Shown piece after piece: positions 18,397-29,827 of a stretch of 64,000 nt of DNA. Below the pieces are notes generated by a model. That model was not told the DNA's origin. It searched no databases and saw nothing but the letters and a program-made list of their open reading frames with translations. The DNA is from an uncultured delta proteobacterium (lineage in GTDB: Bacteria > Desulfobacterota > Desulfobulbia > Desulfobulbales > Desulfocapsaceae). Each line of letters starts with the position of its first letter. Within the stretch, counting starts at the first letter, position 1. The translations under genes were made by a program, and so were the position numbers. Location: the NCBI GenBank assembly GCA_903875445.1, contig CAIQWD010000027.1, forward strand, positions 43,223-107,222, written 5' to 3'.

Positions 18397-19440
18397 TTAT
18401 GGGGATGGAGGAGCGTCCTCGCTTTTCAGACGTTTACCGTTATTATCAAAGAAAAAACGGTACTTATCGGCAGCAGTCAAGCCGACGCTTGTCGCCAAAG
18501 CGGGCGGGGTGGTGGCGCTCTCCAGGCGAAGGATATATTTTTCACCATTTTGGGAACGTAAATGCACCAGAGTTTCCGCACCAAGTTCCTCGAAAAAGGC
18601 AACTTCAGCATCGCAGAGGCCGGTCCCGAGCGGGCAAAATCGTAGATGTTCCGGCCGGATACCGACTAGTGAGGCCTTTACTGGGACGGGAACGATGTTG
18701 TGGTTGTTAAGATCGAGAAAATTCATCGGCGGTGAGCCGATAAACCCGGCAACAAAGGTGGTTGCCGGGTTGTGATACACTTCAAGGGGAGTGCCCACCT
18801 GTTCAACTATCCCGTTGTTCATCACCACCATTCGATCGGCGAGGGTCATTGCCTCGACCTGATCATGGGTGACATAGAGCAGGGTCGCGCCGAGTTTCCG
18901 TTGCAGGGTTTTAATTTCCATGCGCATCTGCACCCGCAAACGGGCGTCGAGATTGGAAAGCGGTTCGTCGAAGAGAAAGACCGCCGGGTTACGAACAATG
19001 GCGCGGCCCATGGCCACCCGCTGCCGTTGACCGCCGGAAAGCTGACGGGGTTTGCGTTTAAGGAAGGATTCCAGTTCGAGAAGACGAGCCGTTGTCTCGA
19101 TCCGTTTTGCGATTTCACCCTTGTCCAGTCCGGCAATCTTCAGGCTGTAGGCCATATTGGCAAAGACCGTCATATGCGGATAAAGGGCATAATTCTGGAA
19201 AACCATGGCAATATCCCGTTCTCGCGGCTCCAGGTTGTTGACGACGCGGTCGGCGATGACCACCGTCCCGGCGGTTATGGTCTCGAGACCGGCGATCATT
19301 CTCAGCAGGGTGGATTTACCGCACCCCGAAGGACCGACGATAACGATCAGCTCGCCATCTTCAATGGCAAGAGTAAGATCATCGATCACCACGGTTTTAC
19401 CGTAGGATTTTTTCACCGCTGTAAGACTGACTCGTGCCAT
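18397..19440 (-). CDS. ugpC: sn-glycerol-3-phosphate ABC ATPase
   Basis: [34 protein letters not shown] and DEPLSNLD, in operon with ugpBAE. Confidence 0.88.
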   Translation of the reverse strand: MARVSLTAVKKSYGKTVVIDDLTLAIEDGELIVIVGPSGCGKSTLLRMIAGLETITAGTVVIADRVVNNLEPRERDIAMVFQNYALYPHMTVFANMAYSLKIAGLDKGEIAKRIETTARLLELESFLKRKPRQLSGGQRQRVAMGRAIVRNPAVFLFDEPLSNLDARLRVQMRMEIKTLQRKLGATLLYVTHDQVEAMTLADRMVVMNNGIVEQVGTPLEVYHNPATTFVAGFIGSPPMNFLDLNNHNIVPVPVKASLVGIRPEHLRFCPLGTGLCDAEVAFFEELGAETLVHLRSQNGEKYILRLESATTPPALATSVGLTAADKYRFFFDNNGKRLKSEDAPPSP

Positions 19441-19442
19441 GG

Positions 19443-20288
19443 TTATTTTTCACTCTCGATGAGACCTTTGACAAAGAGGTTGCGCATGCCGATTACTACC
19501 GCAACCGGGGGAACCATGGCCAGGATGGCTGTTGCCATGATTACCGGCCATTCCACTGTCTGATCGCCGGAGGGAAGCATCTGCTTGATCCCCATGACGA
19601 TGGTGTTCATGACCGGATCGGTGGTGATGAGAAGCGGCCAGAGATACTGATTCCACCCATAGATAAAGAGGATGACGAACAAGGCGGCGATATTGGTCCT
19701 GGACAGGGGCAGGAGAATGTCGAAAAAAAACCGAATCGGCCCGGCGCCATCGACTCTGGCCGCCTCCACCAGTTCGTCCGGGATAGTCATAAACAACTGC
19801 CGGAACAGGAAAGTTGCCGTCGCCGAGGCAACCAGGGGCAGGATCAGACCGCTATAGCTGTTGAGGAGGTGCATTCCGGCGACAACCTCGTAGGTGGGAA
19901 CAATACGGACTTCCACCGGCAGCATCAGGGTGAGAAAGATCAGCCAGAAAAAAAAGCTCCGCAACGGAAAGCGGAAATAGACGATGGCATATGCGGAAAT
20001 CAGGGAGATGGAAATTTTGCCGATCGTGATGCCGAGAGCCATGACCAAGGAGTTGGCCATCATCTTCCAAACCGGCGTACTCATCCCGGAAAACAGGGCA
20101 GCCCGGTAGTTTTCGAGAAAATGACCCCCAGGCAGAAGCGGCATCGGCGGCGTCACCAGGTCTGCCTGGGTCACAGTCGATGCTATCAGGGCGATATACA
20201 GCGGATAGCAGATTATTATAATCCCAGCCAGGAGTCCAACATGGGTAAGCCATAGGCCCCATCCTTTTTTTTCTACCATGCCGGTCAT
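19443..20288 (-). CDS. ugpE: G3P ABC permease
   Basis: [27 protein letters not shown] and EAA motif [11 protein letters not shown]. Confidence 0.88.
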   Translation of the reverse strand: MTGMVEKKGWGLWLTHVGLLAGIIIICYPLYIALIASTVTQADLVTPPMPLLPGGHFLENYRAALFSGMSTPVWKMMANSLVMALGITIGKISISLISAYAIVYFRFPLRSFFFWLIFLTLMLPVEVRIVPTYEVVAGMHLLNSYSGLILPLVASATATFLFRQLFMTIPDELVEAARVDGAGPIRFFFDILLPLSRTNIAALFVILFIYGWNQYLWPLLITTDPVMNTIVMGIKQMLPSGDQTVEWPVIMATAILAMVPPVAVVIGMRNLFVKGLIESEK

Positions 20289-21169
20289 CAGTATTGCACC
20301 CGTCGTTCGATAAAGCGAAACTGGATAATGGTCAAGCCGCTGACCAAAAGCAGGAGAACGACCGATTGCGCGGCAGAGGAGCCGAGATCCTGGCTGACAA
20401 AACCGTCGGAAAAAACTTTGTAGACAAGAATTGAGGTCGATTGTTGCGGCCCGCCGCCGGTAATTGTGTGGATGACCCCGAATGTCTCGAAAAAGGCGTA
20501 AACCACATTAACCACCAAAAGAAAAAAAGTGGTCGGCGACAACAGGGGAAAGACAATGGTCCAGAAACGGCGGGTAAAGGACGCTCCATCGATTGCCGCA
20601 GCCTCGATCAGGCTGCGGGGAATCGATTGCAGGCCGGCGAGAAAAAAAAGAAAATTATAGCTGATCTGTTTCCAGGCCGAGGCGATGACGACCAGAAACA
20701 TGGCCTGTCCCCCGTTTAAGGCGTGGTTCCAGGTATATCCGAAGTGGCCGAGAGCGCGGGCAAGCACACCGATGGACGGCATGAAAAGAAACATCCACAG
20801 AACCCCGGCAATGGCCGGTGCCACCGCATAGGGCCAGATCAAGAGAGTTGTGTATCTCCCGGCCTTTTTACCGACTCGGTCCGCCAGCACTGCCAGCCAC
20901 AGAGCCACGGACATGGAGATCGTGGTAACAAGGCTGCTGAAGAGCGCAGTTGTCGCAAAGGAATTACGATAGTAGGGGTCGGTAAAAAGGAACTGGAAGT
21001 TGGCAAGACCGACATAACGGGTTTTTAAGCCGAAAGGGTCAGGCATAAAGACCGACTGGTAGACGGCCTCTCCCGCCGGCCAGAAAAAAAACACCAGGGT
21101 GACGGCAATTTGTGGGGCGACCAGAAGATAGGGCAACCATTTGTTCCGAAAGAAAACACGTTTTTCCAT
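20288..21169 (-). CDS. ugpA: G3P ABC permease
   Basis: [39 protein letters not shown] and GSSAAQSV. Confidence 0.9.
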   Translation of the reverse strand: MEKRVFFRNKWLPYLLVAPQIAVTLVFFFWPAGEAVYQSVFMPDPFGLKTRYVGLANFQFLFTDPYYRNSFATTALFSSLVTTISMSVALWLAVLADRVGKKAGRYTTLLIWPYAVAPAIAGVLWMFLFMPSIGVLARALGHFGYTWNHALNGGQAMFLVVIASAWKQISYNFLFFLAGLQSIPRSLIEAAAIDGASFTRRFWTIVFPLLSPTTFFLLVVNVVYAFFETFGVIHTITGGGPQQSTSILVYKVFSDGFVSQDLGSSAAQSVVLLLLVSGLTIIQFRFIERRVQY

Positions 21170-21225
21170 GGAGTATCCTGTCTCGGTGAAGTGGATAGGG
21201 AGAGGCCCCCATCCACTCAGTCGTC

Positions 21226-22557
21226 TTATTTATTTGCTTGCTCGAAGCGGCGCAGGAGTTTATTGCCGCGTTCCACGGCTTTGTCCAGGGCGACTTGAGC
21301 GGTTTCTTTTCCGCCCCAGACCCCTTCGAGTTCTTCATCGATAATTGTTCGGATTTGGTCAAAGCTGCCCAGACGCAGACCTTTGGAATTGCCGGTGGGC
21401 TTTTTGCCGGTCATTTGGAGGATGGCGATATCGGTTCCGGGGTTGGTTTTGTAGAATCCCTGGGATTTGGTTAGTTCATAGGCCGCCATGGTAATCGGCA
21501 GATAACCGGTATCCTGATGCCATTTGGCCTGGATGGCAGGAGATGACATGAATTCCAGAAAGGCCGCCACCCCTTTGTACTTCGCCGGAGTTTTACCGGC
21601 CATTACCCAGAGGGAGGCACCGCCGATAATGGTATTCTGCGGAGCTCCGGCAACATCCGGCCAATAGGGGAGGGGACGAATATCGAAGGCGAATTTCGCT
21701 TCCGCCTTCACCCCGGCATAGCCGGCGGAGGATTCGCTGTAGAGGGCGCATTCACCGGCCCGGAATTGGGCGCCGCTCTCGTTTTTCCGCCCGCCATAGA
21801 TGAACTTGCCTTCTTTTGCCCATTCACCCATCTTGGCGATGTGCTTTACCTGGATCGGGCCGTTAAAGACCAGCTCAGTGTCCAGGCCGCCGAAACCGTT
21901 TTCCTTGGTGGCGAAGGGAACATTGTGGTAGGCGGATACATTTTCGAGGTGCACCCAGCTCTGCCAGGCGGTGGTCATCGGGCATTTGCTGCCGCCTGCT
22001 TTCAGTTTTGTAAGGGCATTATCCACCTTATCCCAGGTCGATAAATCCATGTCGGGGTTAAGACCGGCCTTGGTCATCGCATCGCGGTTCACGTATAACA
22101 CCGGAGTCGATGAGTTGTAGGGCAGAGAGAGCATCCGGCCATCGGAAGTGGTGTAGTAGCCGGTAACCGAAGGGATATAGCCTGCCGGGTCGAATTTTGA
22201 TCCGGCTTCCTTCATCACCTCGTAAACCGGCTTGATGGCACCGGTTGCCGCCATCATCGTTGCCGTGCCCACCTCGAACACCTGAAGAATATCGGGATGT
22301 TGTCCGGCCCGGAATGCGGCAATTCCGGCATTCAACGTCTCGGAATAATTGCCCTTGTTGGTTGCTACCACCACATAGTCCGATTGCGAGGAGTTGAAGG
22401 TCTTCACCTGTTCATCCAATAAGGTTCCAAGCTGGCCGGTGAAAGCATGCCACAAATCGATCTGGGTGGCGGCCGAACTCGGTCCCGCACCCAGGAAAAG
22501 GGACCCGGCCAAGAGACCGGCAAAAGCATAACGTCCGAAAATACCTGGTGTTTTCAT
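21226..22557 (-). CDS. ugpB: G3P-binding periplasmic protein
   Basis: Signal peptide, [33 protein letters not shown] and WHQDTGYLP. Confidence 0.9.
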   Translation of the reverse strand: MKTPGIFGRYAFAGLLAGSLFLGAGPSSAATQIDLWHAFTGQLGTLLDEQVKTFNSSQSDYVVVATNKGNYSETLNAGIAAFRAGQHPDILQVFEVGTATMMAATGAIKPVYEVMKEAGSKFDPAGYIPSVTGYYTTSDGRMLSLPYNSSTPVLYVNRDAMTKAGLNPDMDLSTWDKVDNALTKLKAGGSKCPMTTAWQSWVHLENVSAYHNVPFATKENGFGGLDTELVFNGPIQVKHIAKMGEWAKEGKFIYGGRKNESGAQFRAGECALYSESSAGYAGVKAEAKFAFDIRPLPYWPDVAGAPQNTIIGGASLWVMAGKTPAKYKGVAAFLEFMSSPAIQAKWHQDTGYLPITMAAYELTKSQGFYKTNPGTDIAILQMTGKKPTGNSKGLRLGSFDQIRTIIDEELEGVWGGKETAQVALDKAVERGNKLLRRFEQANK

Positions 22558-22706
22558 TTCTTTCTCCTTGAGGTTGAAAAGAGTAACAGCAATGACCTCC
22601 GCCGCAGCACAATGTATTTTCAGCAGTTTCTATCTCGAAGATATTTGTTCATGATCAGGATTGTGTTAGTAATCCGCAGTTGACCATGTTTCATGGACCT
22701 TTTCCA

Positions 22707-23624
22707 CTAATATTGCGGGAATTGCGGCGCGGCCTGCACGGACCCGTCGGAACGGGCAAAGACCTTTTCCAGCCGCCGTACCAGAAGAGAGAGGCTGAGG
22801 CAGAGGGCCAGGTACATGGCCGAGATGGTCAGCCACACCTCGATGGTCGCCCGGGTCGAGGCCATGACCTGCAGGCCCTGGAAGGTCAGTTCCTGGATGG
22901 AGATAATGGAGACGATGGATGACCATTTGATGGTGTTGATAAATTCACCCGCCAGCGGCGGCAGCATGATGCGGATTGCCTGGGGCAGAATGATTTGTCG
23001 AAGGAGTTGCCGGCTGGTAAGGCCTATGGCTTTGCCTGCCTCCCACTGACCGGTGTCGATGGCCTGGATTCCGGCGCGGACGATCTCGGCGATATAGGCG
23101 CCCTGAAAAAGAGCCAGGGTCAGGACACCGGAGAGGAACTGGTTGATGAGGTGCGGTTCGGCAAAGAAAAAGGTGAGAATTGCCCTGGTTGTGCCTGCCG
23201 TCGTGCGGAACAGCGCCTCAATGCCGACCGCGGCCAGGAGTTGATCGCTGACAAAATAATAGAAAATAAAAACCAGCACCAAGGGCGGCGTGTTGCGGAT
23301 TGCCTCGACATAGGTCCGACCGACCAGCCGGGGCAAAAGCTGTGGCGAAATCCGGCAGAGACCGATAAAAAAGCCGAGCAGCACCGCCAGCAAGGTTCCC
23401 CAGAGGCTGAGTTTGATGGTGGTGAGAAAACCCTCAAGGAGAATATTGGCGGTCCAGCGTTGCTGTTCGGCGTCGAAACGCACCATGTAGGTCGGGATAA
23501 CCGCCCAATTCCATTTATAGTTCAGAGCGAAAAAGAGCCGATAGGCGATGAACGCGAAAAAGCCGAGGACGGCGGTCAGGACAAGAGCATCAAGGACGGT
23601 AACCGGGTATTTTTTCGTTTGCAT
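22707..23624 (-). CDS. Polar amino-acid ABC permease
   Basis: YVEAIRNTPPLV, AYIAEIVRAGIQAID.GQWEA and IILPQA. Confidence 0.9.
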   Translation of the reverse strand: MQTKKYPVTVLDALVLTAVLGFFAFIAYRLFFALNYKWNWAVIPTYMVRFDAEQQRWTANILLEGFLTTIKLSLWGTLLAVLLGFFIGLCRISPQLLPRLVGRTYVEAIRNTPPLVLVFIFYYFVSDQLLAAVGIEALFRTTAGTTRAILTFFFAEPHLINQFLSGVLTLALFQGAYIAEIVRAGIQAIDTGQWEAGKAIGLTSRQLLRQIILPQAIRIMLPPLAGEFINTIKWSSIVSIISIQELTFQGLQVMASTRATIEVWLTISAMYLALCLSLSLLVRRLEKVFARSDGSVQAAPQFPQY

Positions 23625-23644
23625 GGCACTGGAAATTTCGGTGT

Positions 23645-24478
23645 CTATTCAACCATCCCTGCCCAATCCTTAGTGGCGAACCAGTAGTCGTGCCGCTCCT
23701 TCAACCAGCCTTCGAGGGCGACGATGCTGATCCAGCTATTAAAAAATGCCAGGCTGTCCGGGTCGCCCTTGCGCAGGGCAAAACCGATCGGTTCCTGGGT
23801 AAAGGTCCCCTGTATCGGCAAAAACAGCGAGTCGGCGTACTCAACCGCCTCATAGGCGGGACGGGGGGCCGAGCCGACAACCGCGTGCACCTTGCCGTTG
23901 CGCAGTTCCTGATAGGCTTGCGGCTCGGTATCGAACATTCTGAGCGTCGCCTTGGGCAGGTATTTTTTAGCGGCGGCGACGGCGGTGGTGCCGAGTTTCA
24001 CGGCAATCTGCACATCCGGGCGATTGAAGCTTTCAAGCGAGGTAAAACCGGCGGCGAGGCCCTTATGGGCGACGATGGCCATTCCGGAATAGTCGTAGGG
24101 GTTCGAGAAGTTGACCTGCAGGGCCCGCTGGGCGGTAATCCCCATGCCGCCGATAATGACGTCGAATTTGCCGGTCAGCAGCGCCGGGATGATTCCCGAC
24201 CAGGCGGTGGGGACGAATTCGACCGTAACCCCCATATCGGCGGCGAGTCGGGTGGCAACATCGATCTCAAAGCCGATCAACTTGCCGGTTTTGTCCTTCA
24301 TGGCCCAGGGCTGAAAAATATCCATGCCGACCTTGAGCACACCTTTTTTCTTGACGGCTTCAACGGTGCTGCCGGTGACGATGTCCTGCTGGGCCGAGGC
24401 GGCGTAACCGACGGTGCTTATGGCAAGCAGCAGAAGGGTGAGAATGCAGAGGTGGAGGCTTGAGTGCTGGGGTTTCAT
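23645..24478 (-). CDS. Polar amino-acid ABC substrate-binding protein (SBP_bac_3)
   Basis: Signal peptide, GFEIDVA, WSGIIPALLTGKFDVIIGGM and AVKLGTT. Confidence 0.9.
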   Translation of the reverse strand: MKPQHSSLHLCILTLLLLAISTVGYAASAQQDIVTGSTVEAVKKKGVLKVGMDIFQPWAMKDKTGKLIGFEIDVATRLAADMGVTVEFVPTAWSGIIPALLTGKFDVIIGGMGITAQRALQVNFSNPYDYSGMAIVAHKGLAAGFTSLESFNRPDVQIAVKLGTTAVAAAKKYLPKATLRMFDTEPQAYQELRNGKVHAVVGSAPRPAYEAVEYADSLFLPIQGTFTQEPIGFALRKGDPDSLAFFNSWISIVALEGWLKERHDYWFATKDWAGMVE

Positions 24479-24528
24479 GGGGGATCTCCTGTAAAGAATT
24501 TTGAGTGGCTGTGAATAAACGCGATATC

Positions 24529-25350
24529 CTACGGCAAGTTAAGTCGTTTTTCGAGAATGCCAACCAGCATCGATAAAAGAAAGGCGATGACAAAGTACAT
24601 AGCCGCGACGGTGAACCAGATTTCAAAGGTCAGATACGATTCGGCGATGATCGCCTGGGCCTGCATGGTCAGGTCATAGATGGCGATGGTACTGACCAGC
24701 GCCGAATCCTTGACGAGCGAAATGGCCTGGCTGGTAAGCGGCGGCAGCACTGTGCGCAGGGCCTGGGGCAGGATGATATGGCGGTAGGTGGCAAAGGTGG
24801 TAAGTCCGAGGCTGTGTGCCGCCTCGATCTGCCCTCTTGCCACCGACTGGATGCCGGCGCGGAGGATTTCCGAGGTATAGGCGCCCTCGAAGAGGCTGAG
24901 GGCAAGGATCGCCGCCGGCAGCCTTTCCAGGCCCAGGGCCGGGCCAAGGACGAAGTAGATAAAGAAAATCTGGATGAGCAGCGGGGTGTTGCGGCTGGTC
25001 TCCAGGTAGAATACCGCAAGGCCCCGAGCGACAAACGAATGGGAGAGTCGCAGGCCGGCGGTCAGTAAACCGATGAGGAGGGCAAAAACCAGGCCGGCAA
25101 GCGAGATGGTCAGGGTTATCTTCAACCCTTCCAGCAAGGGCCCGGCGATGATGCCGCCATCGGTCTTGGTAAACAGATAGCGGGGGATCTGGTACCATTG
25201 CCAGTTATAGCCGATGCTGTCGGCGCTGTGCACAAGAAGCCAGGCAAGGCCTGCCAAGAGAAGGCAAAATTGCAGCAAAGCGCTGCCACGGGAACGGCAA
25301 AGACCCTGCCAGGTTCTGCTGTCTGCCGGAGCCGGTCGTTGTCCTTTCAT
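24529..25350 (-). CDS. Polar amino-acid ABC permease (likely start MKGQR at 25350)
   Basis: RNTPLLIQ, AYTSEILRAGIQSV..GQ.EAA and LVKDSALV. Confidence 0.9.
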   Translation of the reverse strand: MKGQRPAPADSRTWQGLCRSRGSALLQFCLLLAGLAWLLVHSADSIGYNWQWYQIPRYLFTKTDGGIIAGPLLEGLKITLTISLAGLVFALLIGLLTAGLRLSHSFVARGLAVFYLETSRNTPLLIQIFFIYFVLGPALGLERLPAAILALSLFEGAYTSEILRAGIQSVARGQIEAAHSLGLTTFATYRHIILPQALRTVLPPLTSQAISLVKDSALVSTIAIYDLTMQAQAIIAESYLTFEIWFTVAAMYFVIAFLLSMLVGILEKRLNLP

Positions 25351-25364
25351 CGCGGTGCTGCGTG

Positions 25365-26984
25365 TTAGGAGATGCTCTTGCGACTCAACTGTTCCCTGGC
25401 CATTTCCGAAATGATCCGGAAATCGATCTTGCCGCTGCCCATTTTCGGCAGATTCTCCCATACCAGAAAGATTTTCGGCAGGGAGATAGGTGCCAGGTGC
25501 TTGGCCATCTGCTTGAGGACCGCCTTCTCGTCGAGCGGTGTCGTCACCACTGCGACGATCCGCGCACCCTTAATGGCGTCGGGAATCTCGACCACGCAGC
25601 AATGGCTGTCCTCGGGCAGGAATTTTTCCAGGATATCCTCGATTTTTACTAAAGAGACCATCTCCCCGCCGATCTTGACAAAACGTTTCAAACGGCCGAC
25701 ATGCCAGAGATAGCCGTCCCGGTCGAGATTGCCCATATCGCCGGTGTCGTACCAGCCGTGGCGAATATGCAGGGATGTCTGCTCAAAATCATTGAAATAG
25801 CCCTTCATGACGCTGTCGCCCTTGACCAGGATGCGGCCATCTTCGCCCTGGGCGCATTCTTCGCCGGTCTGGTAATTTTCGATCCGTACCTGCAGGCCGG
25901 GGACGGGTTTGCCGACACTGCCCGGCCGGTTGAATTCCGGGGTGTTGACCGAGATGACCGGCGAACATTCGGTAGCCCCGTAGCCTTCGTAGAGGGTGAT
26001 GTTATGTTTCGTTTTAAAGCCGTCGCGCAGGGCATCGGGACATTTATCGGCACCGGTCATGGCAATGCGCAGGGAGGCGAAGTCGCCCTCCTCGGATTTT
26101 CGCAGGTAGCCCCAGAAAAACGCCGGGGTGCCGACTATGAAGGTGGCTTTATGTTCCCTGACAATGCTGCAGACCTTCTTGAAGTCGAGGGGGTTGGCGT
26201 AGGTGAGCATGGTCATGCCGTGATGGATCGGCAGCCAGAAGGTAGTCATCAGACCGAAGACGTGGAAATGGGGAAGGGTGCACATGAACACGTCTTCACT
26301 GCGAAAATTGAAGATCGGCGAAACCGAGGCGATGTTTGCCAGGAGGTTTTTGTGGGTAAGCTGCACCGCCTTCGGATCCTTTTCGCTGCCGCTGGTGAAG
26401 AGGACCACCGCCGTGTCATCTTCCTGCCCTCCGTGCACCAGCATCTTGATTACGGCGGCGGGCAGGGCGGCGATGGCGGCGGCCCGGAGCTTCTGGCCGG
26501 AGGTGATGCCGGCCATGATGTCCTCGATATAGAGCATACCGTCGACATGGGCGCATTCGATTTTTTCCAACAGGGCCTTGGAGGTGATGATGGTTTTAAA
26601 ATCGCACTTTTGCTGGGCGTATCTGGCGTTCTGTTCCGCCCCGGTCGAGTAGTTGATCATTACCGGGATGCGGCCGCTCATCAGCACCCCGGTCTTGGCC
26701 AGGATGCAACCGGCCGAGGTCGGCAGCATGATGCCGGTGAATCCCGGTTCGAGTTTCTTGAAAATTTGCGCAAGAATGAGGCTGGCGATCAGGGATCTGC
26801 CGTAGGTGAGTTCTCGGTTTGTGGTAAAATCGTGGATTGCCAGTTTTTTGCCGAACTGCTTGGCGATGTCGATAAAAGTGTGATGGAGCAGCACCGGCGC
26901 CTCCGAACTGTTACATGGGTTCGTGGTTGTTCCGGCCATCCGCCGCGGTTGGCGTGCGACCGGGAAGCAAAACATCAGCTCCAA
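25365..26984 (-). CDS. AMP-binding acyl-ACP/CoA synthetase (Aas C-terminal-like); real start probably GTG near 26894
   Basis: LFTSGSEKDPKAVQLTH, YEGYGATECSP, WYDTGD and RFVKIGGEMVSL. Confidence 0.85.
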   Translation of the reverse strand: MELMFCFPVARQPRRMAGTTTNPCNSSEAPVLLHHTFIDIAKQFGKKLAIHDFTTNRELTYGRSLIASLILAQIFKKLEPGFTGIMLPTSAGCILAKTGVLMSGRIPVMINYSTGAEQNARYAQQKCDFKTIITSKALLEKIECAHVDGMLYIEDIMAGITSGQKLRAAAIAALPAAVIKMLVHGGQEDDTAVVLFTSGSEKDPKAVQLTHKNLLANIASVSPIFNFRSEDVFMCTLPHFHVFGLMTTFWLPIHHGMTMLTYANPLDFKKVCSIVREHKATFIVGTPAFFWGYLRKSEEGDFASLRIAMTGADKCPDALRDGFKTKHNITLYEGYGATECSPVISVNTPEFNRPGSVGKPVPGLQVRIENYQTGEECAQGEDGRILVKGDSVMKGYFNDFEQTSLHIRHGWYDTGDMGNLDRDGYLWHVGRLKRFVKIGGEMVSLVKIEDILEKFLPEDSHCCVVEIPDAIKGARIVAVVTTPLDEKAVLKQMAKHLAPISLPKIFLVWENLPKMGSGKIDFRIISEMAREQLSRKSIS

Positions 26985-27082
26985 CTACCATTTTTCCCAA
27001 GACTTGGCAACTGCAAGCGCTTGGTTCTCTTTCTGCCTTTATGGTATGCAGGTTGCCAATACTGTAACGATAAGTATCGCTC

Positions 27083-28417
27083 TCAGTTAGTCACGTTTTC
27101 CGGCTCACAATCGGCAATTTCGGTGATCGATTTGGGCAGTTCTTTTTTTATCTGAACCCCCAGCTCCCGCAGCTGTTCGGCATGGGCGACAAGATTGCCG
27201 CGGCCCCTGGTCAGCTTCAAAAAGGCGGTATCGTAGGTGGCGTGGCAGGTGGCCAGTTGTTTGCCGATCTTCTCCATCTCTTCGGCAAAGCTGCGGAACT
27301 TGTCGTACATAAGGCCCGCGCGGCGGGCGATTTCCAGAGAATTCTTGCTTTGCTGCTCATATTGCCAGATGTTTTCAATGGTCCTGAGGGTTGCCAGGAG
27401 GGTGGTGGGGGTGACGATGACCACATTGGCCGCCAGGGCCTCGGTGAAGATGCCGTCGTCCTGCTGCAGGATGGCGGCAAAGGCCGATTCGATGGGTAGG
27501 AACATGAGGACAAAATCGAGGGAATGGATGCCGGCAAGACCCGGATAATTTTTGCCGCCGAGGCCGGTGATGTGGTCGCGCACCGCCTTTACCAGCTGGG
27601 TCAGGTGGCCGGCCCGTTCGGCCTCGTCGTCGCAGTTGACATAGCGCTCCCAGCTGATGAGAGAAACCTTGGAATCAACGATAATATCCCGGCCTTCCGG
27701 CAGGTGGAGGATGACGTCCGGCTTAAAGAGGCGGTTGCCGTCGTCGCGGAAACCGCCCTGGATGTCGTATTCCTGGCCGAGGCGCAGGCCGGACTTTTCC
27801 AGTACCCGGTTAAGAACCAGCTCCCCCCAGTTGCCCTGCAGCTTGGTGTCGCTTTTCAGGGCGCGGGTCAGATTCATCGCCTCGCGGTTGATCTGCTGGT
27901 TGAGATCGCGCAGCTGGAGGATCTCGCCTTTCAGCGACAAGCGTTCGCGGCTGTCGGTGCGGTAGATCTCGTTTATCTCTTGCTTGAAGGCGGTGAGCTG
28001 GTGGTTGAAGGGCTGGAGAATCGATTCGAGGCGATCCTTGTTCAAGTCACTGAAGCGGGCGCTTTTTTCATCGAAGATCTGCTGCGCAAGACCGGCAAAG
28101 CGCAGGCTCAGCTCCTCCCTAGCATCTTCAAGGAGTTGCAGCTTTTCGCTCGCGTGTTTCCGATCGTTTTTCAGCAGGGTGATGAGTTTTGCGGCGCGAA
28201 TTTCCTGCTGCGCCCCGCGTTGTTCGGCTGAAGCCAGTTTTCGCTCTGTTTCGCGCAGCCGCCGCTTCTGCCCGAGGAGGTAGATGATCCCGGCAAGCAT
28301 GGCAAAAAACAGCAGGAGAAAACCGCCGGCAAACAGCAGGAGAAGCGTTGGTGGGGCAAGCGCCGGTGGCAGAATTTTCGCCATCGCGGCGCTTATTTCC
28401 AGCGCAAATTCATTCAT
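27083..28417 (-). CDS. rmuC: DNA recombination protein RmuC
   Basis: N-terminal TM plus coiled coil. GNWGELVL.RVLE.SGL, PDVILHLP...IIVDSKVSL, FVLMFLPIE and TPTTLLATLRT. Confidence 0.93.
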   Translation of the reverse strand: MNEFALEISAAMAKILPPALAPPTLLLLFAGGFLLLFFAMLAGIIYLLGQKRRLRETERKLASAEQRGAQQEIRAAKLITLLKNDRKHASEKLQLLEDAREELSLRFAGLAQQIFDEKSARFSDLNKDRLESILQPFNHQLTAFKQEINEIYRTDSRERLSLKGEILQLRDLNQQINREAMNLTRALKSDTKLQGNWGELVLNRVLEKSGLRLGQEYDIQGGFRDDGNRLFKPDVILHLPEGRDIIVDSKVSLISWERYVNCDDEAERAGHLTQLVKAVRDHITGLGGKNYPGLAGIHSLDFVLMFLPIESAFAAILQQDDGIFTEALAANVVIVTPTTLLATLRTIENIWQYEQQSKNSLEIARRAGLMYDKFRSFAEEMEKIGKQLATCHATYDTAFLKLTRGRGNLVAHAEQLRELGVQIKKELPKSITEIADCEPENVTN

Positions 28418-28422
28418 CCCGC

Positions 28423-28761
28423 TTACAGGGGCCAGGGTCTTTCCCGGCCGCCGAGGATATGCAGATGGACATGAAATACCTCCTGCCCGGCCTTTTTGCC
28501 GTTGTTGAAGATCACCCGAAAGCCGTCCGCCACCCCGTTTTCTTTGGCCAATTGGCCGCCGATACGGATGAGCTTGCCGATGACCCGGTCATCTTCTTCC
28601 AGCACATCGACCGGGGCGGCGATATGTTTTTTGGGAATGACGAGAAAGTGGACCGGAGCCTGCGGGGAAATATCCCAGAAGGCCAGTACGTCATCGTCTT
28701 CATAGAGTTTTTTGGCGGGAATTTTCCCAGCTACAATCTTGCAAAAGATACAGTCATGCAT
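28423..28761 (-). CDS. HIT-family nucleotide-binding protein (start MHDCIFC)
   Basis: CIFCKIV, DISPQAPVHFLVIPKKHI and histidine triad HVHLHILGG. Confidence 0.93.
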   Translation of the reverse strand: MHDCIFCKIVAGKIPAKKLYEDDDVLAFWDISPQAPVHFLVIPKKHIAAPVDVLEEDDRVIGKLIRIGGQLAKENGVADGFRVIFNNGKKAGQEVFHVHLHILGGRERPWPL

Positions 28762-28935
28762 TGCCTGCTCTCCTTGTTGGGTTGTCGCTCCCTCACCCCG
28801 GCACCGGTTGCGACAACGGGGTACGGAAGGCGCAAAATCGTTATATACAATACTGGAAGGGATTCGTAAACGGCTTGTGGGTGGAAGGGTGAGAAGGGGT
28901 GCAATCGTGGTCAATCTTGTTATCTGTTTTTTCCC

Positions 28936-29343
28936 TTAAATCAGCCAGTTCTCTAAACTGATTTCGGCAATACGGGAAAAATGCCGAGTATTGCCGCTGA
29001 CAAGAACCATGTTGTTGGCAATGGCAATCGAAGCGACTTCGAGATCGGCCAGGGCAAGCGGTTGTCCTTGCAGTTCGAGACGAGCACGGAGTTTGCCGCA
29101 GATATAGGCCGCCTTGCTGTCAAAGTCGACGATCCGTACCGCCGGCAGCAAAATATTTTCCAGGTTCCGCAGGTGTTGCTCAGGATTTCTGCTCTTCCAG
29201 GCACCGTACACGATCTCGCTGATTGTTATTGTGGAAATGTACTGCTCCTTGGTTGGTGTTTCGGCGAGTCTGGCCAGCAATTGCCCTGATGGTCGTTTTT
29301 TGAAGATGTTGGTTATGATATCCGTGTCAAAGAGATATTTCAC
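28936..29343 (-). CDS. vapC: VapC/PIN-domain toxin (likely GTG start at 29343)
   Basis: YLFDTDII, ISEIVYG, ADLEVASIAIA..MVLVSGNTRHF.RI and SD GGAGG. Confidence 0.9.
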   Translation of the reverse strand: MKYLFDTDIITNIFKKRPSGQLLARLAETPTKEQYISTITISEIVYGAWKSRNPEQHLRNLENILLPAVRIVDFDSKAAYICGKLRARLELQGQPLALADLEVASIAIANNMVLVSGNTRHFSRIAEISLENWLI

Positions 29344-29605
29344 GTCCGCCGCCTCCATGCTGACGCAATGCCTCGATATCACTTAGGGTTTCTTCTATTT
29401 CCTCGAATCCCCTCCACGTTCCTGCCAGAGATGCCAGTCCTTGCCTGGCTTTATGTTGTTCGATAATTGCCAGATCTTCGAGACTGACAAGGGCGGCTAC
29501 TGGACGGTCGTGTCGGGTTATGACAAAACGCTCATGACCGTGGACGCTCCTGGACACCAACTCGGAGAGATGGCTTTTGGCCGCGGCTATAGAGATGTGT
29601 TCCAT
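29327..29605 (-). CDS. Phd/YefM-family antitoxin
   Basis: ISIAAAKSHLSELV...ERFVITRHDRPVAALV. Overlaps the toxin start. Confidence 0.9.
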   Translation of the reverse strand: MEHISIAAAKSHLSELVSRSVHGHERFVITRHDRPVAALVSLEDLAIIEQHKARQGLASLAGTWRGFEEIEETLSDIEALRQHGGGGREISL

Positions 29606-29651
29606 GAATGGTACCTCCGATGGCTGTTTGTTGGTTATAATGATCTATATG

Positions 29652-29684
29652 ACTATGTATTATGTTGTTTCATAGTACTGTCAA
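29652..29684 (-). promoter_or_regulatory. Putative TA promoter/operator
   Basis: Perfect TTGACA on the minus strand (29679-29684), AT-rich but imperfect -10 candidates, and inverted repeat ACTATG-N13-CATAGT between them. Confidence 0.4.
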
Positions 29685-29827
29685 GTGAAATAATACAAAG
29701 GTCGGGAAGGGGGAGACGGCTCTTTTTCGGTACATGCGGAATGTTTCTGCAGTTCGTTAAACATGAAGTTTTCAACCAAACGCTTCGTGAATGGGAATTT
29801 CCTGCAGACCAGCAAGTTGGGTGAGAA

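Noticed and set aside
25701-27155. Long opposite-strand ORFs (also 47135-48244, 33990-34889, 42876-43688, 16657-17295 and 22995-23687)
   Set aside because: They are antisense shadows of well-supported genes in GC-rich DNA and show no recognisable motifs.
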